Source: Glaucostegus cemiculus
Lineage: Eukaryota
NCBI GenBank assembly: GCA_976551045.1
Contig: CDPCPM010000078.1
Span: forward strand, 2,604,001 to 2,668,000
Length of the DNA: 64,000 nt
Direction: 5' to 3'
Shown piece after piece: positions 27,700-38,345 of the stretch. Within the stretch, counting starts at the first letter, position 1. Every line of letters begins with the position of its first letter. Below the pieces are notes generated by a model. It was given only the letters and a program-made list of their open reading frames with translations. It was not told where the DNA came from and did no database searches. The translations under genes were made by a program, and so were the position numbers.

Positions 27700-28330
27700 T
27701 CCTTGCTGATTTTAAGCCAATTGGCACAGTTAAATATTGTCCAAAAATAACCCAGTGTTTGCTGAGATCAATGTAGGCTATCGGTGTAAGCCCATTCTGG
27801 TGCAGTTCAACTATGTTCATTACTACCGTGACCCCAGTCTGATGGACGTCACCTAAGTCCATTGTCAATGAGACCATAGTCTGGAATAGTTCAGATCACT
27901 TAATTTTTAATCTGGCCCCAGTTTAACTCAATTTAGATCAGTTAATTTTTAATGTAACTCCAGTCTACTTCAGTTAATTTTCAATGGCACTCATTCTGGT
28001 GAATTTCTATTCTATTGATTACCAATGTGATCCTCGTTAGCTATGAATCATTTCAGTTCATTACTAATGCGGGGCCAGCTGTTATGATCATCATAGTTCA
28101 TTACTAGTATGATGCTAGCCTGGTAGTTCAGCTTTGTTCATTATCATTGAGATCTTAATCTGGTACAGTTAAGATCTCTGTGCAATCCTCATTATCAATG
28201 CGTCCCTGATCTGGTACAATTTGGCTCAGTTTATCAACATTGTGACTCCAGCCTAAAATAATTCTTTTTGTTTCATTATTGATGAGAATGCTCTCCTCAC
28301 TTTTCTGAATCAATGTCAACACTGTCCAAC
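27700..28330. repeat. Highly degenerate tandem repeat, ~35-40 bp period
   Basis: Recurring CCAGTCT...CAGTTCATTACTAATGTGA-like words. Confidence 0.45.
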
Positions 28331-28618
28331 TGGCAAGTTTGGTGCAGTCCAAAGCTAGAGACGAAGCAGTGAGTGGAAATATCTCCTTTTGACACGCACA
28401 AATACTCTGTGGAAAAACATTATGTTTGGATCACCCTTCCCACAAACTCAAGATAAAAGCATTACACCGTCATATCTTTGCACCAAAACTTATTTTATCT
28501 CTTCAGTCCAGACAAGAGCAACAGAAACCACTGATCAAAAGCAGTAATTTCAGATCAAAGCTATTACAGAACACCTGCACTCTGTCTGTAACTGCAACCT
28601 GCATCTCCCCATTGCCAA

Positions 28619-29157
28619 TCACTTCAACTCCCCCTCCCACACGATCACTGATATGACAGTCCTCGGCGTTCTGCACTGCCAGCAAAATTCCAAGCGCAAA
28701 ATGGAGGAACAGCACCTGATTTTCCATCTTGGAACCTTGCAGCCTAATAGCATGAATATTGAATTCTCCCACTTTAGGTAATCCCCACACCTCTTCCCCA
28801 CAAACCCTGCACACCCGACCCCCCCCCACCACCATGCTTCTTCTTTTCCCTTTCTTAGCCTTTTTTCATCTCTCTCCTTACCTTTTACCCATGCCCCTGT
28901 GGATCTGCTCTCTCCTCCTCCACACCTGCCTATCACTATCTCTTACCTGCATCTACCTATTACCACCCTGTGCCCACCCTGCCTCCCCTCTTTTGTCCTC
29001 CTATCACTGCTCTGCTTTTCCTTCCTATATATTGGGCTTCCCCTTTTTCCTATCTTCAGTCCTGAAGAAGGGTCCTGACCTGTAACGTTGACCACCTGCT
29101 TTTCTCCATGGATGCAGCCTGGCCTGCTGAGTTCCTCCAGCATCATCGTGTTCTTCA
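28619..29157 (+). mobile_element. Penelope-like element: GIY-YIG-region C-terminus plus 3' region
   Basis: Translates HFNSPSHTITDMTVLGVLHCQQNSKRKMEEQHLIFHLGTLQPNSMNIEF; followed by a pyrimidine-rich UTR and a hammerhead-like motif. Confidence 0.85.
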
Positions 29158-29329
29158 TATTACTAATTGGTCTCAAGCTGACAGCCAGCTGGAGATGGAC
29201 TGCATGAACAGTCTGTCTTTCTCTTCTTAATTCTGTGTTTTGACGCAGAGAAACGTTACCATAATTGAGAGGACATTCTTAGACCATTGGGGTTTGGTTC
29301 CATATCAAAAAGTGTGAACAGAGGTTGCT

Positions 29330-29690
29330 GGATGGTGAAGTGGTGCAGTGGGTAACATTGCTGCCTCACAAGTTCAGAGACCCAGGTTCAATCCTGATTT
29401 TGGCTGCTGTCTTGTGTTTTCATATTCTCTCTGTGACCACGTGGGTTCCTTTTTTACTGGGTGTTCTGGTTTCATCCTACATCCCAAAGATGCGGTAGCT
29501 TACATCTCTACTGTAAATTACCCGACTGTAGGTGAATGTAGGAGAGTCAAGGTGATATTGATGGGCATGAGAGAAGGAACAGGTTACAGGGAAACAAATA
29601 GGGCAATGGGATAGATGGGAATGCTCTGAGAGCCAGCATGGATTCAATAGACCAAATGGCTTCCTGCTATGCTGTAAGTAAATATGGAAA
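29330..29690 (+). mobile_element. tRNA-derived V-SINE
   Basis: A-box-like GTGGTGCAGTGG, B-box-like GGTTCAATCC, V-domain remnant. Confidence 0.7.
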
Positions 29691-29879
29691 TAAGACTGGC
29701 TAGATGGATTGAAATTATGTTCAATTGAGATGAAAGAGGATTATTGAGTCATTGAGAACAGTCTGTTGGTATTTTATTTAATTAAAGTGAATATGTTATT
29801 TTATTAATGTACTCTACTTTTTGGGCATTAATTAGCATTTGCCTGCTCAGGTTCACTGTTACTGGGTTGAATCATTAAT

Positions 29880-30168
29880 CACAGAGTCAGAGTTATACAG
29901 CACAGAAACAGGCCCTTTGGCCCAACTCATCTGTGCTGACCAAGTTGTCTATCAGATATAGTCCCATTTGCCTTCATTTGGCCCATATTCCTCTAACCCT
30001 TTCCTATCCATGTACCTGTCTAAATGTCTTTTAAGCAGTTTAATTATACTCAGCTCTACCACTTCTCTGGCAGCCCATTCCATATACCCACTGCCCTCTG
30101 TGTGGAAAAAGTACCTCCTTAGGTCCCTTTTAAAACTTTCCCCTCTTACCTTAAACCTATGCCTCTAG
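29880..30168 (-). mobile_element. CR1 LINE 3' fragment
   Basis: Reverse complement of the family at 6255-6625. Confidence 0.82.
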
Positions 30169-32555
30169 TGGATTGGCCTATTCGTTATCTATTTAATTTT
30201 GGTGAATGGGTAGGATATTGATGTTCGTTTTTTTTGAAGGTGATTAAGAAGGAGGTTGATCTATGGAATTGTGGAGATCCTGGAGGAGGTGAATCAAAGA
30301 GCGGATCATGCAGCGTAATGTGGGGTGGTTGTCAGGTGACTGATGGGGATTTGGATAAATGAAAGGAGGAGCTTATGTAAATGATTAGTGGGGGGTTTTG
30401 TGGGTGAGAGAGTGGCAGGCAAATGATTATGGGAGTCAGATCAGATGATGAGGATGGTTCAGGCAGATGATGGGGAAGGGTCTGAGGTCACTGGTGTATT
30501 GAGGTTGATCTGTAATAATGGAAAGTTACAGTGGTACCTTGTGAGGTAGATGGTCTTCTTTGCTTCGCTGATAGTGGCCCAGATTGGAGAGAACTTTTTA
30601 ATTACAGCTTTCTGTTTATTTGAAAGTTGTTAAATACATTTTTAAAGGAAAGTATACCTTTGAAAGTCAGTGCTTTGATGCTAAACCATTTAATGCTCAG
30701 TGGATTGTCTTTGGTGTTAGATACATTAAACAATATAAATATTGTTTCCTTACATATATATGTATTGTTTTAAGTTTGATAGTTGTTTCCCTATCTATGC
30801 ATTCTTGGGCTTTTCTACATTTAACTTGTCGTGCGTTTGGTTCTAAGCTTGAATAGGACATGGTAAATGATTGTAAGCACTTAGTTTGCTTTATTTTATA
30901 TTTAGTTATTGGTTAGTATTTTTCATTCAACTTATGCTTTTAATGTTTACATGTTTTTAAAATCATTTTAAGTCTTTTGATTAGATTCTCAATGTCTTTG
31001 AACATCAGAGACACTTAACAACTATGAAGCATTCTTTTTCAGCCCATGACCAGTTGTCAGAAGATGTTAGCATGTTTTGGGGGTGGTGAGGGGTGGGGTC
31101 AGGATGCCCCCTCACAGGACAGAGCTTGCACTAACTCACCAAATGCTTGTCAGGTGTGTGAGCTGTCGAATCTCTTGGCCCTCTGCACCCGGGGAAGGTA
31201 GATGTGGATGGGCAAGGTGGGGTCTGTGGTGGCTGCTGGCATGAAGTCAGAACAGCAGGGTGGTCCTGACATGATTTGGCCTGTTCTGGTCCGAGACAGA
31301 ATGCTCAAGGAAGGAGATCTCCAAGTTATATTCCAGAAGTTCTGACTCTGATGTGAAACTGCCATGTAAAAACCACCAAACAATGTCAACACTTGTTTTG
31401 AAATTGGTGTTGTAAGATGCCACACCTGGAGTATAATGCACAGTGTTGATCTCTTTAATTTAGGAAGGATGTTAATACAATGGAAGCAGTTCAGCCTAGT
31501 TTAGCTGGGCTAATGACTAGAAAGGGCAGGTTATCTTCTAAGGAAAGCTTAGACAGGCTAAGTTGTGGTGCTGTGTGTCTGGAGTTTGTACATTCTCCCT
31601 GTGACAGTGTGGGTCTCCTCCCACATCCCAAAGACATGCAGTTGGTAGCTTAATTGGTAATTGGTTTATTATTGTCACATGTACCAAGATACAGCGGAAA
31701 ATTTTATTTTGCATGCCATCCATACAGATCATTCCAAAACTTAAGTGCATTGAGGTAGTACAAAGGGAAAAGCAATAACAGAATGCTGAATATAGTGTTA
31801 CAGTAACAGAAAAAGTGCAGTGCAGGCAGACAATAAGGTTCAAGGTCCACAACAGGGTAGACTGGCTGGTGTAAAGTGCCTTAAAAGTGTTGGTAGAATT
31901 TAGGGAGAGTTGATAGGAATGTAGGAAGAATAGGTTGCAAGGAAAATTAGAGGGAGCATGAAATTGCTCTGTGAGCTTGCATAGATACAATGAATTGAAT
32001 GGCCTTCTTCAGAGTTGTAAGAAAGTAGGGATATTTTTATACATCTGATTCCCTGGGCGTGTGTCTACTGCAGCTGCTCAACTGTGAAGACCAACAGTAC
32101 TTTCCAACATAACTTCTGTGTGCGCGCCACAGATAAGGGTTACAGGCTTTGCTTTGTAAGCTTTCCAAAAACCCGCAATGTGAGCTTTAAGTGTTCCCAT
32201 GCTGTTTTTGTTTACAAACTGGGCAGATAGCAGTTCACGAAAAAGCAAAAGAAAAAAAATGTTTTTTTTCTAACAGTGAAGTTCCCAAAGGGGACTGTGT
32301 AAAAGCTGGCTTTTACACAGCTTTGACTTACACACTGTCCTTAATGGTAATAATACATATTATGTAAAAGAGCGATATGAATAAATGGAAAACCAAAGAA
32401 TCTTTGACCCCATGATTTCTGGTTACAAGATAAACAGTAGCACTACATACAGTCTATGTTGACTGACTTTCCATTGAATGCTATTGCTCTAATTGTGTGT
32501 ATTTAATTTACATATTAACAACATGTAATTAACATGTTGTTAATATGTACATGAC

Positions 32556-33335
32556 CCAAGATGGCGGCACACACGGTTGCAGCGGCCTCTCCTGGGTCTG
32601 TAGTGCTTTGTGTTTTTTGTTAGTCTTTTAGTGTTTTTGTGCTGTTTTTTTGTTTTTTTTCTTGTGTTCTTTGTTATTGATGTTTGTGTGCTTGATGTTC
32701 GTTTTATGGGTTCATTGTTTGTGCTGACGGCACCGACAGCTCGTCAGAGCTCAAAGCGTGTCGAAGGGCCTGGAGCCTCGTGGTGGCCTCGGGCTGCGGG
32801 CGGTGAGGGGGCTGCCCGGGCTGGAGGTGGTCAGCCTGTGGGGCTGGAGGTGGTCGGCCTGGGGGGCCGGAGGTCATTGGACTGCGGGGCTGGAGGTGGT
32901 CGGCCTGGGGGACCGGAGGTGGTCAGACTGCGGGGACGGAGGTGGTCGGCCTGCGGGGCCGGAGGTGGTCGGACTGTGGGGCCAGAGGTGGTCGGCCTGC
33001 GGGGCCGGAGGTGGTCATCGGATCGGACTGCGGGGCCGGAGGTGGTTGTTGGATGTAGGCCCGGAGGTTGTAGGACTGCGGGGCTGAAGGTGGTCGTCGG
33101 TGCTGGGTGAGGCAAGGAGGTGCGGCGTGGCGGGAGGTGGGGGGAGATGTAATGTTGAGGTTCTGGGAGACGTGTTGTACCAGCAGACCGAAGTCCATGC
33201 GGTTCCAATGTTTTGATGTTTTTGTCCTGTTGTCTTTTATTGTCTTTTTGCACATTGGCCTGTGGAGTACGATATCTCGCCTTCATTATGCTGTGTGTGT
33301 GTGTGTACATGAAAGTGACAATAAACTGATTCTGA
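32556..33335 (+). mobile_element. Putative non-autonomous LINE-derived element (YY1-motif 5' end, minisatellite body, LINE-like tail)
   Basis: Starts CCAAGATGGCGGC; CpG-rich; ends GTGACAATAAACTGATTCTGA, resembling local Rex/Babar 3' ends (GTGACAATAATAAACC). No RT remnant seen. Confidence 0.5.
32812..33096. repeat. G-rich minisatellite, 23 bp unit, ~12 copies
   Basis: CTGCGGGGCCGGAGGTGGTCGG(A/C) repeats at 23 bp spacing (e.g. 32951, 32974, 32997). Confidence 0.9.
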
Positions 33336-33555
33336 ACAGACCTCCTGCAGAAGGATGAGGAATGGAATTGATTGAGGTAGAGACGACTCATCTCCACATT
33401 GATTGTGCTTAGAAGGGGAGTTTTGAGGGAGTAGGCATTGCAAGGGTTAAGTGGCCCCAAACTTTTCTCCAAAAATATTTTTCTACACAAGCGAGCAGCT
33501 TTGGAATGTTTCTTGCCACCTGACAGGTGCAGGATCCCGAATAGCCTTGGCATTA

Positions 33556-34359
33556 TGTTACGAAGTAGATTACGATGGGCAAATATCCCTTTAAGATGGG
33601 ACATTGTGTGTGTGTGTGCAACGTATTACGTCAACAGAAGATAAGACTAACGTGATGAGGTCATTACAAGAAAGAAAAAGAGAGGAGAGAGAGAGAGACA
33701 AACAGACGGAGAGAGAGAAGAAGGAGCGACGGCAGCCTATTTTGTTTCTGTCGATGGATGAAGGACAGTAACTGTGTTTGTCACTAAAATCCGTGGATGG
33801 ATTTCTGGAGTAGTCCAGTGGAGTTCACTTTTTCGGTAACCTGTAGAAGGACACAGGTGTTTGCGTGGACAACCACATTTTGGATGCTCTGCAGAGTGGC
33901 AAATAATGTGGAACAAGGTGATGGAATTCACTTGGCTGCTAACCTGTAGAAGAACACAGGTATTTGCATGGACAGTCACAATCCAGGAGTTTTTGGGGTG
34001 AGAAAGTCACTACCGAGTTAGCCCTGAAGTGTCGTTCGAGTTTTGAGTGGAACATTCGGATTTCGTGATTCCTCTCTAAGTTCTCTCTATATCTATGTTT
34101 TGTCTTCGGTGGACGGTGCTTGTGAAGAAGCCTTTATTCATGTTTCATCTTACGGCTTATTGAACTGAATTTTAAGAACTAATTCCTGGACTTTGAGTTT
34201 AAGAATTCGACACACACACACGACGAGTAGTTTTGGGGTTATAGTTTAAGATTCTAATATTTTGTTTTGTACTAATATACTAACTTTTTGTTCTTATTTT
34301 ACGTATTATTGGAAGTAGTTAATAATAATGTAGTTTTAACACTGAAAGAAAAAGTAACA
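33556..34359 (+). mobile_element. LTR, left arm of inverted LTR pair
   Basis: TGTTACG...GTAACA termini; followed after AAAT by a tRNA-Pro PBS; homologous to the solo LTR at 36592. Confidence 0.9.
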
Positions 34360-34363
34360 AAAT

Positions 34364-34398
34364 TGGGGGCTCGTCCGGGATTTGAACCTGGGACCTCT
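34364..34398 (+). promoter_or_regulatory. tRNA-Pro primer-binding site, extended to 35 nt
   Basis: TGGGGGCTCGTCCGGGAT is the canonical 18 nt tRNA-Pro PBS. It continues TTGAACCTGGGACCTCT, complementary to the tRNA-Pro T-arm and variable loop with one mismatch. Confidence 0.9.
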
Positions 34399-34404
34399 TT
34401 GCTG

Positions 34405-34425
34405 TGGGAGGTGGGAGGTGTTACG
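34405..34425 (+). promoter_or_regulatory. Polypurine-tract-like sequence followed by the first 7 nt of an LTR
   Basis: TGGGAGGTGGGAGG directly followed by TGTTACG, the LTR 5' terminus. Confidence 0.65.
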
Positions 34426-34429
34426 ATTT

Positions 34430-35231
34430 TGTTACGTTTTTTTTCAGTGTTAAAACTACATTATTAATAACTACTTCCAATAATACTTAAAATAAGAACA
34501 AAAAGTTAGTATATTAGTACAAAACAAAATATTAGAATCTTAAACTATAACCCCAAAAGTACTCGTTGTGTGTGTGTGTGTCGAATTCCTAAACTCAAAG
34601 TCCAGGAATTAGTTCTTAAAGTTCAGTTCAATAAGCCGTAAGATGAAACATGAATAAAGGCTTCTTCACAAGCACCGTCCACCGAAGACAAAACATAGAT
34701 ATAGAGAGAACTTAGAGAGGAATCACGAAATCCGAATGTTCCACTCAAAACTCGAACGACACTTCAGGGCTAACTCGGTAGTGACTTTCTCACCCCGAAA
34801 ACTCCTGGATCGTGACTGTCCATGCAAATACCTGTGTTCTTCTACAGGTTAGCAGCCAAGTGAATTCCATCACCTTGTTCCACATTATCTGCCACTCTGA
34901 AGAGCATCCAAAATGTGGTTGTCCACGCAAACACCTCTGTCCTTCTACAGGTTACCAACAAAGTGAACTCCACTGGACTACTCCAGAAATCCATCCACGG
35001 ATTTTAGTGACAAACACAGTTACTGTCCTTCATTCATCGACAGAAACAAAACAGGCTGCTGTCTCTCCTTCTTCTCTCTCTCCGTCTGTTTGTCTCTCTC
35101 TCTCCTCTCTTTTTCTTCCTTGTAATGACCTCATCACGTTAGTCTTATCTTCTGTTGACGTAATACGTTGCACACACACACAATGTCCCATCTTAAAGGG
35201 ATATTTGCCTATCGTAATCTACTAAGTAACA
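34430..35231 (-). mobile_element. LTR, right arm (inverted copy)
   Basis: Full-length reverse complement of 33556-34359 with scattered substitutions; followed by ATTA, matching the left flank. Confidence 0.9.
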
Positions 35232-36591
35232 ATTACAAAAATTGATTACTATTGCCAGAAGAAAGAGGAAAAGAGCAGGTCGAGACCTGATAATGTCTGT
35301 CATATTATCTCTTTCTGTACCTGTAAGAATACAGCAACTTTTTTCAGAATGCTGAAATGTATCCAGTGATAAATTGCTTTTGCTTCTTAATATAAGGCTT
35401 CTCAAGCTTGTAGCTTAACGTTAAGATTGCCAGTTTATTTTTATATCAATGTGGTTTAATTTCTCATCTGTTAAAATGAAGGAGGAGTATGTTAAAATCT
35501 AGCCTTCACTTGAAAGCAGAACCTCTTCATAATGATTCTGAATTGTGCTATCAACAACGGGGAACTGGAAAGGAAGTACAGACAAAAATAGCTTTTGCGA
35601 GGGATTAAAGGTAAATGAAAGGGACCCAAGGCTTTTTCTGACTACAGGACCATTTATGATTTGATGGTGTCTCCGCACTTCTAGATTCTTATGAGAATCT
35701 AAGAGTTTTGGATCATTCTTAGTGGAGAAAACTGATAGGTGTAGATGAATAGGTGGGAGAAAGTCTGGAAGTAGGTCATTCCTTTGATGCACGGTCTAAT
35801 GGGTACTATAGAAACAAAGGAATGCAGATGCTGGAATCTAGATGAGTACTATAAAATGTAAACTGCTGCTTATGAAGTCTCTCTTGGCCGAAGTAAACCA
35901 TAACAGTTACCATTGTGGATTTGACTTCAAATATTGAACAGACAGTCTTAACTAATTTCAAATGTGTTCCAGTGGTGAGGTTGGTCTACTAATGTTCTAT
36001 TTAATTAAGAAATGAATGAGTTAGGAATCAGTCTACTGTTGTCTATTTAATTGCAATAAATTGGAAAGGCATTGCTCGATTTGATTTCAATTTACCATGG
36101 GTGAATACCATGAAGATTAATCTATTGATATTATAATTAATATCTGTGAATGTGAGAAGATTGGTTTATTAGAATTCTATGTTATATAGATGAATTCCTG
36201 GTAATTGCTCTGCAGCTAATCTATTTCTACAAAGTAAACCAGGTACATAATGTTTTCTATTGATATTCTAATTACTTGGGTAAATGAAAAGGGATCTGGG
36301 CAATGATCCAGATTAGACTGAAAATTTGCAATTAACTTTCATGATATCCACAACCATTTCTAATATGAGAGAATATAACTACTTCTCTAATATTCACTAG
36401 CATTACCTTCATTGAGTCTCCCACTATTAACACCCAGTGGGTCACTGTTGACCAGACATTAAATGGGACCAGCCATATAAATTCCATGGACACAAGGGCA
36501 GCCCAGAGGCTGGTATTCTATAAAGAGTGAATCATCCTCTACCTTGTCAAATCTTTTTCACCATCCATGGGGCACACATTAGCGTTGTGTG

Positions 36592-36643
36592 TGTTACGAA
36601 CTGGGTTACTATTGGTGAATGTTCCTTTAAGATAGAGCATAGT

Positions 36644-36680
<37 letters not shown>

Positions 36681-37579
36681 CGTGGTTATAACAACAGAAG
36701 ATAAAGGACGTAATGATGTTTTTGGAGCAGACAGTCGTAGTCAGTCAGAGGAGGAGAGAGAGAGAAGAGAAAGAGGGAGAGAGACAGACAGCAGCCTGCT
36801 AATCTCTATCGATGGATGAAAAACAGTAACTGTGTCTGTCACTACAATCCATGTATGGATTTTTGGAGTAACCCTGTGGAGTCCACTTTGTTGTTAACCT
36901 GTAGAGGGAAACAGGTATTTTCGTGGACGGCCACATCTCAGATGCCTTTTGGGGCGGCAGATACTTCGGAACAAAGCAGTGGTGTTCACCTTGTCATTGA
37001 CTTGTAGAAGGAAACAGGTGTTTGTGTAGACGGTCACGATTTGAGTAGACACTGAGGTGTCGTTTGGGTTCCAGAGTGGAACATTCGAGAGCCTTTCAGG
37101 GTGAGGAAGATGCAGTGGAGTAGTCACTGCTGAGTAGACACTGAGGTGTCGTATGGGTTCCATTGTGGAACATTTGGATTTCATTATGTCTCTATTTTCT
37201 CTCTACGTTTTGTCCTCAGTCAACGGTGGTTGTTGAAGAAGCCTTTGATCATGTTTCACCTTATGACTTGTTGAGCTGAACTTTGAGAACTATTCCTGGA
37301 CTTGNNNNNNNNNNNNNNNNNNNNNNNNNNNNNNNNNNNNNNNNNNNNNNNNNNNNNNNNNNNNNNNNNNNNNNNNNNNNNNNNNNNNNNNNNNNNNNNN
37401 NNNNNNNNNNNNNNNNNNNNNNNNNNNNNNNNNNNNNNNNNNNNNTTAATGTTTAAGATTTAACATTTTTACTTCTAACATTCTAACATTTTTCTTATTA
37501 TCATAAGTAGTTATTAATAAAGTAGTTTTTGACACTGATGCATGACTCGGTTTGTTTCTTTTGTTGCTGGTTTGTAACA
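36592..37579 (+). mobile_element. Solo LTR related to the inverted pair, spanning an assembly gap
   Basis: TGTTACGAA...TGTAACA termini; shared blocks (CCTTTAAGAT, (TG)n, GTCGATGGATGAA-like, GAAGAAGCCTTT, ATTCCTGGACTT); AATAAA near the 3' end; flanks TGTG/TGTA; no PBS after it. Confidence 0.8.
37305..37445. other. Assembly gap (141 N)
   Basis: Run of N. Confidence 1.
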
Positions 37580-38119
37580 TGTAAACTTGGCTGAACATAT
37601 TTTCAATACCACCATCAAAGACAAAGCCACTCACTTGATTGGTGCGTTACCCTTTACCTTGTCCTGCACATCCTCCGCTACTGGCTACAGAAGAGGAACT
37701 GATCTCATCAACCATCTTGGAACCCACAGAACTAGAGTGATAAAAACTTGTCCTCGACCCTGAGGAACTAAGAAGAAAGTGTGAACTGGATGGAATTAGT
37801 CTATTGACGTTGTATTCATTGAGGTGAATGGAAAGGGAATTGGCCTGTTAATATTTTACTTAGTCTGTGTGAATGGAAAGAGGTTGGCCATAGACAATCT
37901 GTTAAACTGGATGTCTAAGAATGTAGTTGGTCAGTACATAAAAATATTGAATGGGGAGACCATTGGTCTGGCCCTATGCTATGTCATGTTTATTCATGAA
38001 CTATTCCACTTAAATAGATTGAATAGGAAAGGGAAGATCTGTTGACGTAATATTTAATGGATTTGAATGATAAAGCATTAATTTGCTCAAGTTCTACTTA
38101 AATAAGGTGAATGGGAATG

Positions 38120-38345
38120 TAGAGCAACAAACAATATGCAGGAGGAACTCAGTGGGTTGAGCAATATCTAAGGGAGGAAAGGAACTGTTGAGGTTACAGG
38201 TTGAAACCCTGCATCAGGATCCTTGCAGGGTTTTGACCCGAAACGTCGACAATTCCTTTCCTCCCATAGATGCTGCTTAACCCACTGAGTTCTTCCTGCA
38301 GATTGTCTATTGCTCCAGATTCCAGCATTTGCAGTCTCTTGCGTC
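38120..38345. mobile_element. Palindromic MITE-like element built from Penelope terminal sequence
   Basis: ~90 bp imperfect inverted arms centred near 38215-38220. Partial relatives at ~4185, 9735, 40660-40820, 54610, 59245. Confidence 0.65.

Noticed and set aside
32610-33604. Long Gly/Arg- or Pro-rich ORFs (166, 109, 257, 110 aa)
   Set aside because: Explained by the stop-poor GC-rich 23 bp minisatellite.
34364-34398. tRNA-Pro gene on the minus strand
   Set aside because: Only the 3' half is present, it includes CCA, and it sits at the PBS position next to an LTR.
33737-35225. Near-identical ORFs MTVHANTCVLLQV... on opposite strands
   Set aside because: Mirror images produced by the inverted LTRs; antisense to the LTR; no recognisable domain.
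33556-35231. DIRS element or DNA transposon with long terminal inverted repeats
   Set aside because: A tRNA PBS, PPT-like tract, TG...CA ends on each arm, a TSD and a related solo LTR all indicate integrase-type LTR origin; no recombinase or transposase remnant.
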